From IMG/VR virus record IMGVR_UViG_3300011008_000057, positions 2,205 through 66,204 of that record: 64,000 bases of DNA, one strand, 5' to 3'. Position 1 is the stretch's first letter, and the number at the start of each line of letters is the position of its first letter. Positions 17,693 through 27,944 of the stretch are shown here, one piece after another. The position numbers and the translations under genes were made by a program. The notes beneath the pieces are model-generated. The model worked only from the letters and a program-made list of their open reading frames with translations, did not search any database and had not been told where the DNA came from. Source of the stretch: a virus (taxonomy: Duplodnaviria > Caudoviricetes).

Positions 17693-19191
17693 TGGCATTA
17701 GGTGGAGTATTCATGACCGACAGCGACGGTAACATTGGGTACAATGTACCGAACAATACCGAACGCATTTGCGGTCTCTTGTTTGACATTTCCGGCCAAC
17801 CTGGTTTTTGGGAAAGCGGTTATCCGGCTACGGTTGCCGACAACCTGAAAGACACGGTGGTCGAGTTTAATACCTTGCCGGATGCAGTTGATGCAGGTAT
17901 CAAGCCGTTTGACGCGGACACTGATGCCACCAGCAACTTCCTGCATGGTATTCCCTACTACCATATCAAGCATTTCTTTGATGTTGCAGGAGGCAGCGGA
18001 CGTTTGTTCGTGATGTTTGCTGATTGCAGCCAAAACTGGAATGCCTTGATTACGATGCAGAAGGCTGCTTTCGGTGTCATCAACCAATTTGGTGTGTGGA
18101 CGGAACAGTATCTCTGGTCACACATCGACAACACTTCTCCTCTCTATGGAGTGCGACTGGTTGGTGAACTGAACTCAATTGCGGTCTCTCTTGCGAACGA
18201 CTACAACGCCCCTGTTAGCGTTCTGCTGAACGCCAACTCTGCCAAGGTACTTGGTGCCACAAACACAACGACGGAGTACAGCTACACGAAGGTCGACGAC
18301 CCGACTGGCAATCCTCATGAGCAAGGTTGGTATAAGTCGGATGGTAACGGCGGCTATGTGGAAGCCTCAGAGACCTCGGTTGCTTCAGAGACCGACTACT
18401 ACATCCAAACGAGCGCGGAAACTTCGAACACTACGGTCTACGATACCGTGGACCTGACGAAGATTCCGACCTGCATCATCAGCAAGCGTTATGTCAGTGT
18501 CCTGCTTGGTCAGGGTATCGACAACGATGTGTCTGGTATGCAGTGCAAGTTGACCTCGAAGACACCTGTCGGCAATGTCGGAGCAGCTTTGGGTGTGCTC
18601 TCCATTGCTTCGGTGGCCGAGAGCATCGGTTGGGTTGAGAGATACGACGTGGTGAGCCAGTTCCCAGACATTGAAATGGGCTTTGGCGATTCCACGATTG
18701 ACGCGACAACTGGCAAGCTGAACAACGCAATTTCCTATTCTTCGCTATCTACGGCGCAGATTGACACGCTGGAAGACAAGGGTTACATCTTCCTCTGCCG
18801 CTATGTCGGTTATGAGGGCCATGTGTTCTTCAGCAGTGACAGGACTTGCGATGACGGCGACTACAGAACCATTTCGCGTAACCGCACTATCAACAAGTCG
18901 CGCCGAGGTGTGCGTCGCGCCCTGCTGAAGTATGTGAACAGTCCTGTGAAGATTGACCCCGCAACGGGCCAACTTGCAGCCACACAGATAGCCATCTACC
19001 ACAATACTGTGAAGGCCGTACTCAATGATATGGTCAACAACAGCGAGGTAAGTGGTATCGGTTCCATCAGCATCCCTGGCGACCAGAACATCTTGCAGAC
19101 AGACATGCTGAAGATTTCGTACACCCTGGTTCCGATTGGTACGGCCAAGGAAATCAGAGTGACCGAAGGTTTTGTCCTGAAACAACAGTAA
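17692..19191 (+). CDS. Tail sheath protein (DUF2586-like)
   Basis: 499 aa between capsid and tube genes; GYIFLCRYVGYEG, YRTISRNRTINKSRR and YTLVPIGTAKEIRV patterns. Confidence 0.8.
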   Translation: MALGGVFMTDSDGNIGYNVPNNTERICGLLFDISGQPGFWESGYPATVADNLKDTVVEFNTLPDAVDAGIKPFDADTDATSNFLHGIPYYHIKHFFDVAGGSGRLFVMFADCSQNWNALITMQKAAFGVINQFGVWTEQYLWSHIDNTSPLYGVRLVGELNSIAVSLANDYNAPVSVLLNANSAKVLGATNTTTEYSYTKVDDPTGNPHEQGWYKSDGNGGYVEASETSVASETDYYIQTSAETSNTTVYDTVDLTKIPTCIISKRYVSVLLGQGIDNDVSGMQCKLTSKTPVGNVGAALGVLSIASVAESIGWVERYDVVSQFPDIEMGFGDSTIDATTGKLNNAISYSSLSTAQIDTLEDKGYIFLCRYVGYEGHVFFSSDRTCDDGDYRTISRNRTINKSRRGVRRALLKYVNSPVKIDPATGQLAATQIAIYHNTVKAVLNDMVNNSEVSGIGSISIPGDQNILQTDMLKISYTLVPIGTAKEIRVTEGFVLKQQ

Positions 19192-19203
19192 AAACGCAGA
19201 GCA

Positions 19204-19692
19204 ATGGCACTTACTATCAACAATGTAACCTACAACTGGTCGATGATTCAGCTTGTCAGCCCTGGTCTTACCGGGAGCAGTGACCCGAACCCGACCATCC
19301 TTCAAGGCGTCAGTGCAATCAAGTACAATGTCAGCCGCAAGGTGTCTAAGAACTACGGGTTGGGTGGCAACCTCACCAGCCGTGGTCTTGGCAACCGCGA
19401 ATGCACTGCGTCGATCACGATGGACTACGCGACGCAGAAGCAACTGCGCAACGGCGCCCGTGGCCTCATTGAGATTGGAGAGTTCGACCTCATCGTCTCG
19501 TTTGCCAATCCGCAGATCAACGGTGTTGACGCCTTCGCTGGCGAAAGCATCCCTGCCGGAAACTGGGACACCGAGATTGTGACCTTGAAAGGTTGTTTCT
19601 TCAACGAGGACGGCCTTGAGAGTGAAACCGACGACGACGGCATCAAGAAGGAGTTCGACTTGAACCCGTTCGACATCGAAATCGGACAATAG
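19204..19692 (+). CDS. Tail tube protein
   Basis: INNVTYNWSMI, YG.GG...SRG.GN, FDLIVSF, EFDLNPFDIE; follows sheath. Confidence 0.8.
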   Translation: MALTINNVTYNWSMIQLVSPGLTGSSDPNPTILQGVSAIKYNVSRKVSKNYGLGGNLTSRGLGNRECTASITMDYATQKQLRNGARGLIEIGEFDLIVSFANPQINGVDAFAGESIPAGNWDTEIVTLKGCFFNEDGLESETDDDGIKKEFDLNPFDIEIGQ

Positions 19693-19814
19693 TTTTTCAT
19701 GATGTTTTGTCTTTTGACGGAAGGCGAGTCGCATTGGCGGTCTCGCCTGACCGTCGAAAGGCAGACAAGATTGAACATTTAACCAATTAAACAAACCAAT
19801 AAAAGACAAGACAA

Positions 19815-20198
19815 ATGGAAGACAACGAAAAAAACTTCATGAACCAGGAAATTACAGAGGCAGTGGCTCAAAGAGTCGCTGAAATCAAGAAGAACAACCC
19901 CAAGCTGCGTACCGTGTTTCCGCTTGCAGTGGAAGGCAACCCCGACTTCGATGAAAAAGAGGTCTATATCGGCTACTTCAAGCAGCCCGATTTCCCGACC
20001 TTCTCGAAGTATTTGTCGGCCTCTCAGCAAGACCAAGCCGTTGCGATGCGCACGTTGGCGAAAGACTGCTTCATCGAGGGCGACCGTGAACTCATCGACG
20101 ACGACTCACTGTTCCTGTTCGGACTGATGGGCCAGTTGAGCGAGATCATCAAGATGCGCCAAGGCAAGTTGGTAAATTTATCAAAGACCGGGAAGTAA
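19815..20198 (+). CDS. Tail assembly chaperone (G)
   Basis: Lies between tube and tape measure; ends LVNLSKTGK with a slippery heptamer. Confidence 0.8.
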   Translation: MEDNEKNFMNQEITEAVAQRVAEIKKNNPKLRTVFPLAVEGNPDFDEKEVYIGYFKQPDFPTFSKYLSASQQDQAVAMRTLAKDCFIEGDRELIDDDSLFLFGLMGQLSEIIKMRQGKLVNLSKTGK

Positions 20199-20392
20199 GG
20201 AAGGATGACTACCTTCGCCAGAGGCTTATCCTCATACGCCATTACTTTCCCGGCGTTGATATGGGAACGCTTGATGACGAGCAGTTCGCCGAACTGTCTG
20301 GCGATGCCGAATGGATGCACTCACAGCAGATGATGCTGATGCAGGTCAATGCCATAGGTGCCGCCATCGGACAAGGAGGCAAGGGAAAATGA
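20174..20392 (+). CDS. -1 frameshift extension of tail chaperone (GT)
   Basis: A-AAT-TTA at 20174-80. The -1 frame is open (IKDREVRKDDYLRQRLILIRHYFPG...) to TGA 20390-92 and has no early start codon. Confidence 0.75.
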   Translation, partial: KFIKDREVRKDDYLRQRLILIRHYFPGVDMGTLDDEQFAELSGDAEWMHSQQMMLMQVNAIGAAIGQGGKGK

Positions 20393-20423
20393 CATTTACC
20401 CTACTTTTTTGAATTTGGTTTTG

Positions 20424-20463
20424 AGGTCCCGCTGTGTCGAATGATGCAGCGGGATTTCTTTTT
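20424..20463 (+). terminator. Rho-independent terminator
   Basis: AGGTCCCGCTG / CAGCGGGATTT stem, then CTTTTT. Confidence 0.7.
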
Positions 20464-20473
20464 GCCTTGGATA

Positions 20474-20502
20474 GCAAACGGAAAGAGGCTTTGTACACTA
20501 TT
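20474..20502 (+). promoter_or_regulatory. Putative phage late promoter (tape measure operon)
   Basis: GCAAAC (20474-79)-N18-CTATT (20498-502). Confidence 0.7.
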
Positions 20503-20521
20503 ATTGAGAAAACGGGAACCA

Positions 20522-23500
20522 ATGTTTGGCGAGCAGTATCAGGTAGATTATATAATTAACTTGCAGGACAATGCTTCTGCGGGGATAATGGCTTTTTCGC
20601 GGGCTGCGAGCAAATTGGCCAACGCGACAAAGAACTTCAAGCAGTTTGAGGAACGGTTCAGCAAAATGACTGCAACCTTCAACAAGCAGTTGGAGTTGAA
20701 GATTAGCACAAGTCAGGCGAGTCGTAAACTCAACAGGGTAATCAAGCAACTTGAGAGGATTGATGGTCTTGCGAAAGGAATCAATCTTGGTGTAGCAGGT
20801 GGCGTAAGTCAGATAGGTGGAGCGGCTAATAGGAGAAATACAGCAACTCCAGTGGCCGCGCCTGTGCCAAGACAGCCTCGTGTGAGCCAGCCACAAGGTC
20901 CGAGACCTCTGGATGCACCGAGAGGAAGGCAACCGCTTGTTCCGAGGAACTTGGAATACCAAGTGCTTGGCCCGACTCGTCTGGGCAATGTTGCCATGCT
21001 CGACATGTTCAAGGGCATGGGCCTGATGTATGGTATTTCAGCCATTGGATCTGGCGTGCGCGATATCATCAGCCAGTCGACGGAGTATGAGAACATCATG
21101 CAGACGGCGAAGAACATCTTGAAGACCAATTACAAGGGTGGCAATTTCAATGTCAGTTTCAACGACATGGAGCGCATTGTTCGTGAGGTGGGTGTGGAAA
21201 CCAAGTTCACTGCTCCAGAGGTAGCCGATGCCGTGAAGTTCCTTGCTATGGCAGGTCTTGACATCAACGCTATTACGAAGTCAATTCGACCCATTGCCGA
21301 CATTGCATTGATAGGCGACACCGACTTGGGTCAGACCGCAGACGTGATGACTAACATCATGACTGCCTACGGTATCAAGCCAGACGACATGCGGAAGACT
21401 GCCGATGTGATGACGAGGACCTTCACCATGTCGAACACGACGCTGTTGGAGTTGGCTGAGTCGTTCAAGATGGCAGGCTCGATGCTGCATCTTGCCAATG
21501 TCCCATTTGAGACTGCTGCCGCTGCATTTGGTGTGTTGGGCGATGCCGGTATCAAGGCTACTATGGCTGGTACTACGATGCGCACCATCATGAATAACCT
21601 GCGCAACCCGACGAAGAATCAACAGAAATACTGGGATATGCTTGGCATCCGTCGTTATGATGAATACGGCAATCTCAGGGAAATCAACGAGATATTCGCT
21701 GACATCAACAAACTTAACAGCAATGATGCAAGATCTGCCGAAGCAAAAAGACGCTATGACGAATTGCAGAAACAGTTTGCTCCGAGGTTTGAAGGATTGC
21801 AGGAAGGGAGTATCGAATATAATAAGGTGCTCGCCGAATACGACAAGGAGAGTGATGCCATCAGGAAACAGTTTGGTGGCGTTGATGTGTTCCGTCTTTT
21901 CCGTTTGACAGCGGCATCTGGTGCCGGTGTTCTGATGAACAGTGTGGAGAAATGGAATAGGATTATTGAGGAAAACTTCCTCTCTGAAGGGTTATCGAAC
22001 AAACTGGCCGAACAAAAGAAGAACACCATAGCAGGTTTGTGGGCACAGTTGAAGTCTGCATTCCAAGAGGGCGGTTTGAAGGTGTTTGAGGAGAACGACA
22101 GCAGGGTTCGTGGCTATCTCCAAAAAGGCATTTCGTGGCTTAAGAGTGATGATTTTACAAAGATACTAAGGAGTATTATTGACTTGGTTGCTGAACTTGG
22201 GAAAACGCTGCTTGATTTTACAAAACATGTAATCAATTTTTATAACAAGTTTTCTCCCATTATCAAAACTTTCTTAAAACTTCAGTTGTATCTGAAAGGA
22301 TTACAGACTATTCTTTTGTCTTTCAAACAAGTTTGGAACTCCATATTGTTTTATGGAGTAGGGAACATAGCAAAAGGAATAGCAGGAATACCTTTTGTCC
22401 AAAGAAATATGCCTGGATTGTTTGGCTATTCAAATGCTGTACAAAGCGCATATTCCGTTAAAGGAGGTATGGTTCAAGGTGCCTATCCTGGAATGGCACC
22501 TGGCATGAATCCATTTCTTGCGTATTGGGCGGCAGGAAGACCAGGTAAAGGCGTCCCAGAGAAACCAGAGCCAGTGGTCAATAGAGGAGCACCAAACATA
22601 TACAAAAACCAACCTATCGCTTTCTCTGCAAATCCTAACATTATGCCAATGTCGTCTTATAATCAGAAATGGACGGCGTACAATAAGCAGATGGCGGCAT
22701 ACAACAAAAGGATTAGGGTAGCAAATGCCATCAATAATTGGAGTGGATTTACTTCATTAATCGGGATGGGCCTTGGAGGTGTGATTGGCAATAATTTCAA
22801 TGAGGAAAGCGGAACAATGTGGGGAAGTATCATAGGCGGAGGTGTTGGCTCTATGTTTCCAATGCTTTTCTCTGCTGGTCCTTGGGGTATATTCGCAGGT
22901 GCGGCAATTACTGCTATAACAGGCGTAACGTCCTATATTGTTAAGTTCAAGAGAGAACTTGCCGAGGCAAAGAGGCAATTGGATTTGTTTAATAGCACAG
23001 AAGTTAGATTGGGGCTTCACAATCTGGATGTGTCTGATGCTGAAAGCGTATTCCGTGCGAACATTAAGTTAAGTACAGATGCCTTGATTAACGAAAATGA
23101 GGCTATGCGCATGAAACTTAAGCTAATGCAGCAAATTGCCGACTTCGGTACTGAAGAGCATGAATCGGCTGAACAGGGTGTTCAATTGGACCAGACACCT
23201 TTTGGTCAGTCTTTCAAGGAAAAGTTGGGATATTATCAGGCAAAGGTCAAGGAAGATTGGTCGTTGGGGCAACATCTTGACAGTTGGTTGCCTTGGATTG
23301 ACTCACCGGTTACATGGAAGCAAGCCGCTACTGATATGGCAAATTCCAATGAAAACCCAAAGTATATTGAGGGTAGTGATTATATCAGAAAAACGCTTCT
23401 TGGTATCACAAACAAGGAGGAATGGAATCGTTTCAAAGAATGGTATGTGAAAGAAGGTCCTGGCTATACACCATCTGAATTGATAAATCAAGGCATTAGC

Positions 23501-24514
23501 TTGACAGACAAGCAGGTGGAAAATTTAACCGATACAGAGTTCTACAGGTTACAACCGTTTGCAGGTGCGACTAACAAGAGACTTGAAAATGAACTTAATT
23601 ATGAAGGTTATCAAGAGTTTGTTAATCTCGTGGATCAAATTCGCTCTTTCAATCCTGAAAACCTTGACCATTACATTACCGCACAGAAAGCGATGCGTTC
23701 CATTAACTCAAATCCTTTTGCAAGCGAATTGCTTGACCAAGGAAAATATGGATGGTTTGGTTCGCAAGATTGGATTGAGAACATGCAGGCGCTCCGTAAA
23801 CAGGGATCTTGGACTTTTACAGGCGAGGACGGAAAAGAATACGACGTTGATATCAGCACTGTTGGCAAGTTCAACAATGTCATGCAGAGTATATATGACA
23901 GTTTTTCAAATGTCTACGGGCAACTTAATCCAGAAATACAAAAATACTTCAGTTATTGGTTTGACAAGAGCTACTGGGAACAGATAGGCGAAGGTCTTGA
24001 TCTGTCTAAATTTAACACTCCTATACCTTATACACCTCTTTTAGCCCCTGACGAAAACGGAGAAGGAATAAGATACAAGATTCCGAACTATGGTATTGAC
24101 GAATGGACCGTAAAAAGAACGCCTTGGGGTACTACAGCTTCTCTTTACGGTAATACGGTTCCGTTCTATAATCCAGACAGGACACAAGAGAATACGATTG
24201 TTAGAACAGTTGCAAATGAAAATGAGTTTGCATATCAGACGCAGTTGTATAGTTCAAACAATGGAGAAAACATATTCCCTCAACCGGCTCTTCCTTCGAC
24301 CCGTGCTGTGAATGAGGCTTTGGCACTTGCAGAAAGCGGCATCAAGGTACAGCCCAATGTGACGAAGAACAATACCTACACATTCACATTCCAAATCGAG
24401 AACCTTCGTACCGACATGGATGAAGACCAGCTATCGCAGTTTATAGACGAGCGATTCATCCCATCGGTGATTGACAAACTTGACCATTCATTTGAAGGGT
24501 CGTTGTCGGCATAA
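20522..24514 (+). CDS. Tail tape measure protein (TP901-like core)
   Basis: ETKFTAPEVADAVKFLAMAG, GIKATMAGTTMR; 1330 aa from ATG 20522, which lies downstream of the late promoter. Confidence 0.92.
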   Translation: MFGEQYQVDYIINLQDNASAGIMAFSRAASKLANATKNFKQFEERFSKMTATFNKQLELKISTSQASRKLNRVIKQLERIDGLAKGINLGVAGGVSQIGGAANRRNTATPVAAPVPRQPRVSQPQGPRPLDAPRGRQPLVPRNLEYQVLGPTRLGNVAMLDMFKGMGLMYGISAIGSGVRDIISQSTEYENIMQTAKNILKTNYKGGNFNVSFNDMERIVREVGVETKFTAPEVADAVKFLAMAGLDINAITKSIRPIADIALIGDTDLGQTADVMTNIMTAYGIKPDDMRKTADVMTRTFTMSNTTLLELAESFKMAGSMLHLANVPFETAAAAFGVLGDAGIKATMAGTTMRTIMNNLRNPTKNQQKYWDMLGIRRYDEYGNLREINEIFADINKLNSNDARSAEAKRRYDELQKQFAPRFEGLQEGSIEYNKVLAEYDKESDAIRKQFGGVDVFRLFRLTAASGAGVLMNSVEKWNRIIEENFLSEGLSNKLAEQKKNTIAGLWAQLKSAFQEGGLKVFEENDSRVRGYLQKGISWLKSDDFTKILRSIIDLVAELGKTLLDFTKHVINFYNKFSPIIKTFLKLQLYLKGLQTILLSFKQVWNSILFYGVGNIAKGIAGIPFVQRNMPGLFGYSNAVQSAYSVKGGMVQGAYPGMAPGMNPFLAYWAAGRPGKGVPEKPEPVVNRGAPNIYKNQPIAFSANPNIMPMSSYNQKWTAYNKQMAAYNKRIRVANAINNWSGFTSLIGMGLGGVIGNNFNEESGTMWGSIIGGGVGSMFPMLFSAGPWGIFAGAAITAITGVTSYIVKFKRELAEAKRQLDLFNSTEVRLGLHNLDVSDAESVFRANIKLSTDALINENEAMRMKLKLMQQIADFGTEEHESAEQGVQLDQTPFGQSFKEKLGYYQAKVKEDWSLGQHLDSWLPWIDSPVTWKQAATDMANSNENPKYIEGSDYIRKTLLGITNKEEWNRFKEWYVKEGPGYTPSELINQGISLTDKQVENLTDTEFYRLQPFAGATNKRLENELNYEGYQEFVNLVDQIRSFNPENLDHYITAQKAMRSINSNPFASELLDQGKYGWFGSQDWIENMQALRKQGSWTFTGEDGKEYDVDISTVGKFNNVMQSIYDSFSNVYGQLNPEIQKYFSYWFDKSYWEQIGEGLDLSKFNTPIPYTPLLAPDENGEGIRYKIPNYGIDEWTVKRTPWGTTASLYGNTVPFYNPDRTQENTIVRTVANENEFAYQTQLYSSNNGENIFPQPALPSTRAVNEALALAESGIKVQPNVTKNNTYTFTFQIENLRTDMDEDQLSQFIDERFIPSVIDKLDHSFEGSLSA

Positions 24515-24535
24515 AACAGAAGAAAGGAAAACAAC

Positions 24536-25573
24536 ATGAGCCAACTTACAGACGAACTCAGCAACTTTTACGGCACTAACGAAAACGCATGGAAGAATGT
24601 GCAGTGGCATTTCGCGTCACAAGCCGCATACCTGCTCACGCGGGCCACGGTGAAAGACTTGGTGTATGATGTGAAAAACACCGAATTGCCTTCTGCGAGC
24701 CAGAGCGCATTGATTCTTACCTCAAAGCGCATTGCATGGGCACAGGCAGAGTTGCTTTCGGTGCAGAATATGTTCAGTGCGGCACAGCGAGCAAAGGAAA
24801 TAAAGCTGTTGAAGAAGAAAAAAGAGGAAAGGGAGAAGCGAATCTCAATCATCGAGAAGAAGCAGTTGAAAAGAGACAAGTTGCTTGGCGAAATAGTGAT
24901 GAATGCAAGAGGTAGCAAGTTCTACGCTAAGGATGGACTTGGCAGAAAAGTCACGGAATCGCTGATTATCTATTACGAGGGCGATGAGGAATTCAAAGTG
25001 ACCACTCATGTTGTCAATGCCGACGGTACGGAGGAGGACAAGGACATGTACACTACAAAGATAGTCGCGGTTGCCGACTTGTCTCCGAGGATTTCGTTAC
25101 AGTCAGGAAAGAACCTGATAATGACAACGGTTCAAGGACGCGACTATTCTCGCAAGGAGCTGGTGTCTGGTGGCGACCTTAATTTCAGCGTGAGTGGTGT
25201 AATTGTTTCCCCAATCCTTGACGATTATCCAACGAACGATGTGAGGAAGTTCATCAACATCATGGAATACGGCGGCATCGTACAGGTGAACAACATGATT
25301 TTCGACCAGTACAATGTAGACCGCATATTGATTAAGGACTGGCGCCTCGATGCCCAGGAGTGCAAGAACATACAGCCCTATTCATTTACATGTGTTGCTG
25401 TGGAGCCTGATACCGATGTCGTAGTTGAGTCGGACACCATAGATCTCATTAACTACCAGATAGGTGAGAGCGGTGTCGACGGCGTTGTAAGTGTTATGCT
25501 GAACAAGAAATGGGCAAACAGGGCGGCAGGATTCGACTTCAGTCTGGCCGACATACTCGGACAAATCATATAA
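24536..25573 (+). CDS. Tail/baseplate initiator protein (DUF6046-like)
   Basis: KNLIMTTVQGRDYSRKELVSGGDLNFSVSG; follows tape measure. Confidence 0.6.
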   Translation: MSQLTDELSNFYGTNENAWKNVQWHFASQAAYLLTRATVKDLVYDVKNTELPSASQSALILTSKRIAWAQAELLSVQNMFSAAQRAKEIKLLKKKKEEREKRISIIEKKQLKRDKLLGEIVMNARGSKFYAKDGLGRKVTESLIIYYEGDEEFKVTTHVVNADGTEEDKDMYTTKIVAVADLSPRISLQSGKNLIMTTVQGRDYSRKELVSGGDLNFSVSGVIVSPILDDYPTNDVRKFINIMEYGGIVQVNNMIFDQYNVDRILIKDWRLDAQECKNIQPYSFTCVAVEPDTDVVVESDTIDLINYQIGESGVDGVVSVMLNKKWANRAAGFDFSLADILGQII

Positions 25574-25576
25574 GCC

Positions 25577-26986
25577 ATGAAATCAGTACCAGGACAACCA
25601 AGTTTTAAGATTCTCATCTGCATGATCAGGGTATGGGACGCTGATACCAACGATTTGATGAGCATTCCCGACGAATGTGATATGCTGACGGAGGTTAAGG
25701 GTGTGGAGATTTCGGAATCGTACACCGAAGTGGTCGACACGGCGGTGATGCGATTGCCGAAAGGCTCGGTGATACGCAAGACCATACATTCGATAAACGC
25801 CGATGTCGAGACCGGCAAGCTGAGCGTGTCGGTCGACGATGCGGGCGTTGTCGAGGAAATCAGGTCGGAGGCGAGGCGGGCCAAGGTAACGGATTTCTCG
25901 GTGGGCCGGCGCATCAAGATACAACTCGGCTACACCACCGACCCCAAGGTGGCGGCTATGGCAAAGGTAGTGGCAGGCAAGAAGAGTGTCTACACCGACC
26001 ATGAGATGCGCAGGGAATACGAGAAGGCGATGAATTACACCTTTGACGGCTACATCACCAAGTGTGGCATGGAGGAGCCTATCGAGGTGCGTTGCGAAGA
26101 CCTCGGCCACATGCTGAAGAAGGTGATGTGTCCGCGCATCGGTGCCACAACAGGGCTTACGGTGAACGACTTCCTTGAAAAGGGCGGCAAGTACGACTTG
26201 CTTGAAGGGACGGGGCTGACGCTTTATCCGGCTACCGCCCAGGCCAAGATGAAGCTGGGGAAATTCAGCCCCGACAAGAACATGACCGTGTATGAACTGC
26301 TTGTCTCGTGGAGGAAAAAGAAGTTGTGCCCGTTTGTCGTGGTCGATGGAACCACGCCGTGTCTTGCTGTCGGAAAGGCATATTTCTCGAACGCGAAAAG
26401 CGATTCGGTGGTGAAGATACTTGAGGAGATGCGCAAGGTGGTTGATATTGACTTCGGCTACCATGTGGCAAACAACGGATTGACGCTTTCGCGAGTGGAT
26501 CCGCTTTGCCTTGCAGTTAGGGCGAAGGGGACTACTTCGGCGGGGAAGGAGCTTCACATGGTGGTGATGCTGAACCCAGAGCACGGCTCCAATGCCGCAG
26601 CAGAGAAATACAGGGTGGTCAACGAGACCGAGTTGAGCAAGAAAAACAAGAAGGCAGGCAAGGGCACGGCAAAGGTGGACTTGAAAAGATACACCGTTGT
26701 CGACTACAGGTCGGAGGAACAGGTGACAAAGGAGTCGTTGAAGAAAGAGGCCATAGAGTATTTTGAGGATTACAACCTCAATGGCATGGACGGCACCCTG
26801 ACTTTGTTTGGCGACCTTGCACTAAGCACCGGCCAGAAAGTCCATTTGGCCGACGAAAGGCAATCGGTGAAGAACGGTGTGTATGTCGTCGGCGAGGTGG
26901 TCACGAAATTCGGCACCGAAGGTTACAGGCAGACCGTGAAACTGCCTTATTGCATAGCACTTGACAGCGAGAATGGAGAACAGTAA
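25577..26986 (+). CDS. Baseplate hub protein (gpD/late control-like)
   Basis: RIKIQLGY, FDGYIT, IEVRCED, GTLTLFG...YVVGEVVTKFGTEGYRQ patterns. Confidence 0.7.
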   Translation: MKSVPGQPSFKILICMIRVWDADTNDLMSIPDECDMLTEVKGVEISESYTEVVDTAVMRLPKGSVIRKTIHSINADVETGKLSVSVDDAGVVEEIRSEARRAKVTDFSVGRRIKIQLGYTTDPKVAAMAKVVAGKKSVYTDHEMRREYEKAMNYTFDGYITKCGMEEPIEVRCEDLGHMLKKVMCPRIGATTGLTVNDFLEKGGKYDLLEGTGLTLYPATAQAKMKLGKFSPDKNMTVYELLVSWRKKKLCPFVVVDGTTPCLAVGKAYFSNAKSDSVVKILEEMRKVVDIDFGYHVANNGLTLSRVDPLCLAVRAKGTTSAGKELHMVVMLNPEHGSNAAAEKYRVVNETELSKKNKKAGKGTAKVDLKRYTVVDYRSEEQVTKESLKKEAIEYFEDYNLNGMDGTLTLFGDLALSTGQKVHLADERQSVKNGVYVVGEVVTKFGTEGYRQTVKLPYCIALDSENGEQ

Positions 26987-27944
26987 GGACACGAACAAGA
27001 AACCGTCGCCAGGAGTTGGCGGCACGACGGCATTGGCCGATGCCATCAGGAAGATTGCCTTGCATGGCGTGGCCGATCCCGACAGCGGCACCGTTTTCGG
27101 CGCGAAACGGGTGAACGGCTATGTGGCCAAGGTGAACGACAACAAGACCGTCGACGTGCAAGAATACCTTGACGTTGAGGAGAACTCAAAGGGCGTGAGG
27201 GAAGGCTATCACGAGGGCGTTTGGCTCAGCGCCCTGGAATCGAACCTGAACGGCTATCTCATCGTTCCGAAACTGTATTCTGAGGTTGTCATAGCCAAGG
27301 ACCCGATCACGCTGACGGAGTATGTGGTCATGTATTCCCACGTCGACCTCATCCAACTTGAATCGAGCGACAGCGTGACCATCGGCGTGGTAGAGCGCGA
27401 AGAGTTGGACCTCAACGACGACAACTCGCCCGATGTGGACGAGTTGGAGCCAACTGGCCTGTCGGGGAGAACGACATACGCCAAGGACGAGGTGAAGACC
27501 GAGGTGGTGGACGAGGAGGGCGACAAGTCTTCGTCCATCGACATGAAAAGCGATGCTATTGACATTGCTGTGAGTGATGGCGACGAGAGCACGGCGCATT
27601 TCGACAAGGAGAAAATCGAGTTTGAGCGCGGCAAGTCGAAGACCACCTTGAACGACAAGGAGAACACGATGGAGAACGGCGGCGAGAAGGTGAAAGTGAC
27701 CGAGAATGTCGTGTATATCGGTAGCGACTCAGGCACCAGCCATGCCGTTTTGGGCGAGGAACTGGCCGACATCCTGATGGATATACTCGACTATTGCTCG
27801 CAGATAAAGACAACGACAATGCTGGGGCCTCAGCCTGTGCTGCCGCCTACAATCGTACAGTTCATCACCTTGAAGACCAAAATATCAGTATGGAAGAGTG
27901 CGACGAGCCAATTCCTAACCCGTAAAGTGGAGATACAGAAATAA
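26973..27944 (+). CDS. Baseplate spike protein (gpV-like)
   Basis: OB-like N-terminus (GYVAKV...LIVPKLYSEVVI), repeat-like beta region, and HAVLGEEL C-terminus. Confidence 0.6.
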   Translation: MENSKDTNKKPSPGVGGTTALADAIRKIALHGVADPDSGTVFGAKRVNGYVAKVNDNKTVDVQEYLDVEENSKGVREGYHEGVWLSALESNLNGYLIVPKLYSEVVIAKDPITLTEYVVMYSHVDLIQLESSDSVTIGVVEREELDLNDDNSPDVDELEPTGLSGRTTYAKDEVKTEVVDEEGDKSSSIDMKSDAIDIAVSDGDESTAHFDKEKIEFERGKSKTTLNDKENTMENGGEKVKVTENVVYIGSDSGTSHAVLGEELADILMDILDYCSQIKTTTMLGPQPVLPPTIVQFITLKTKISVWKSATSQFLTRKVEIQK

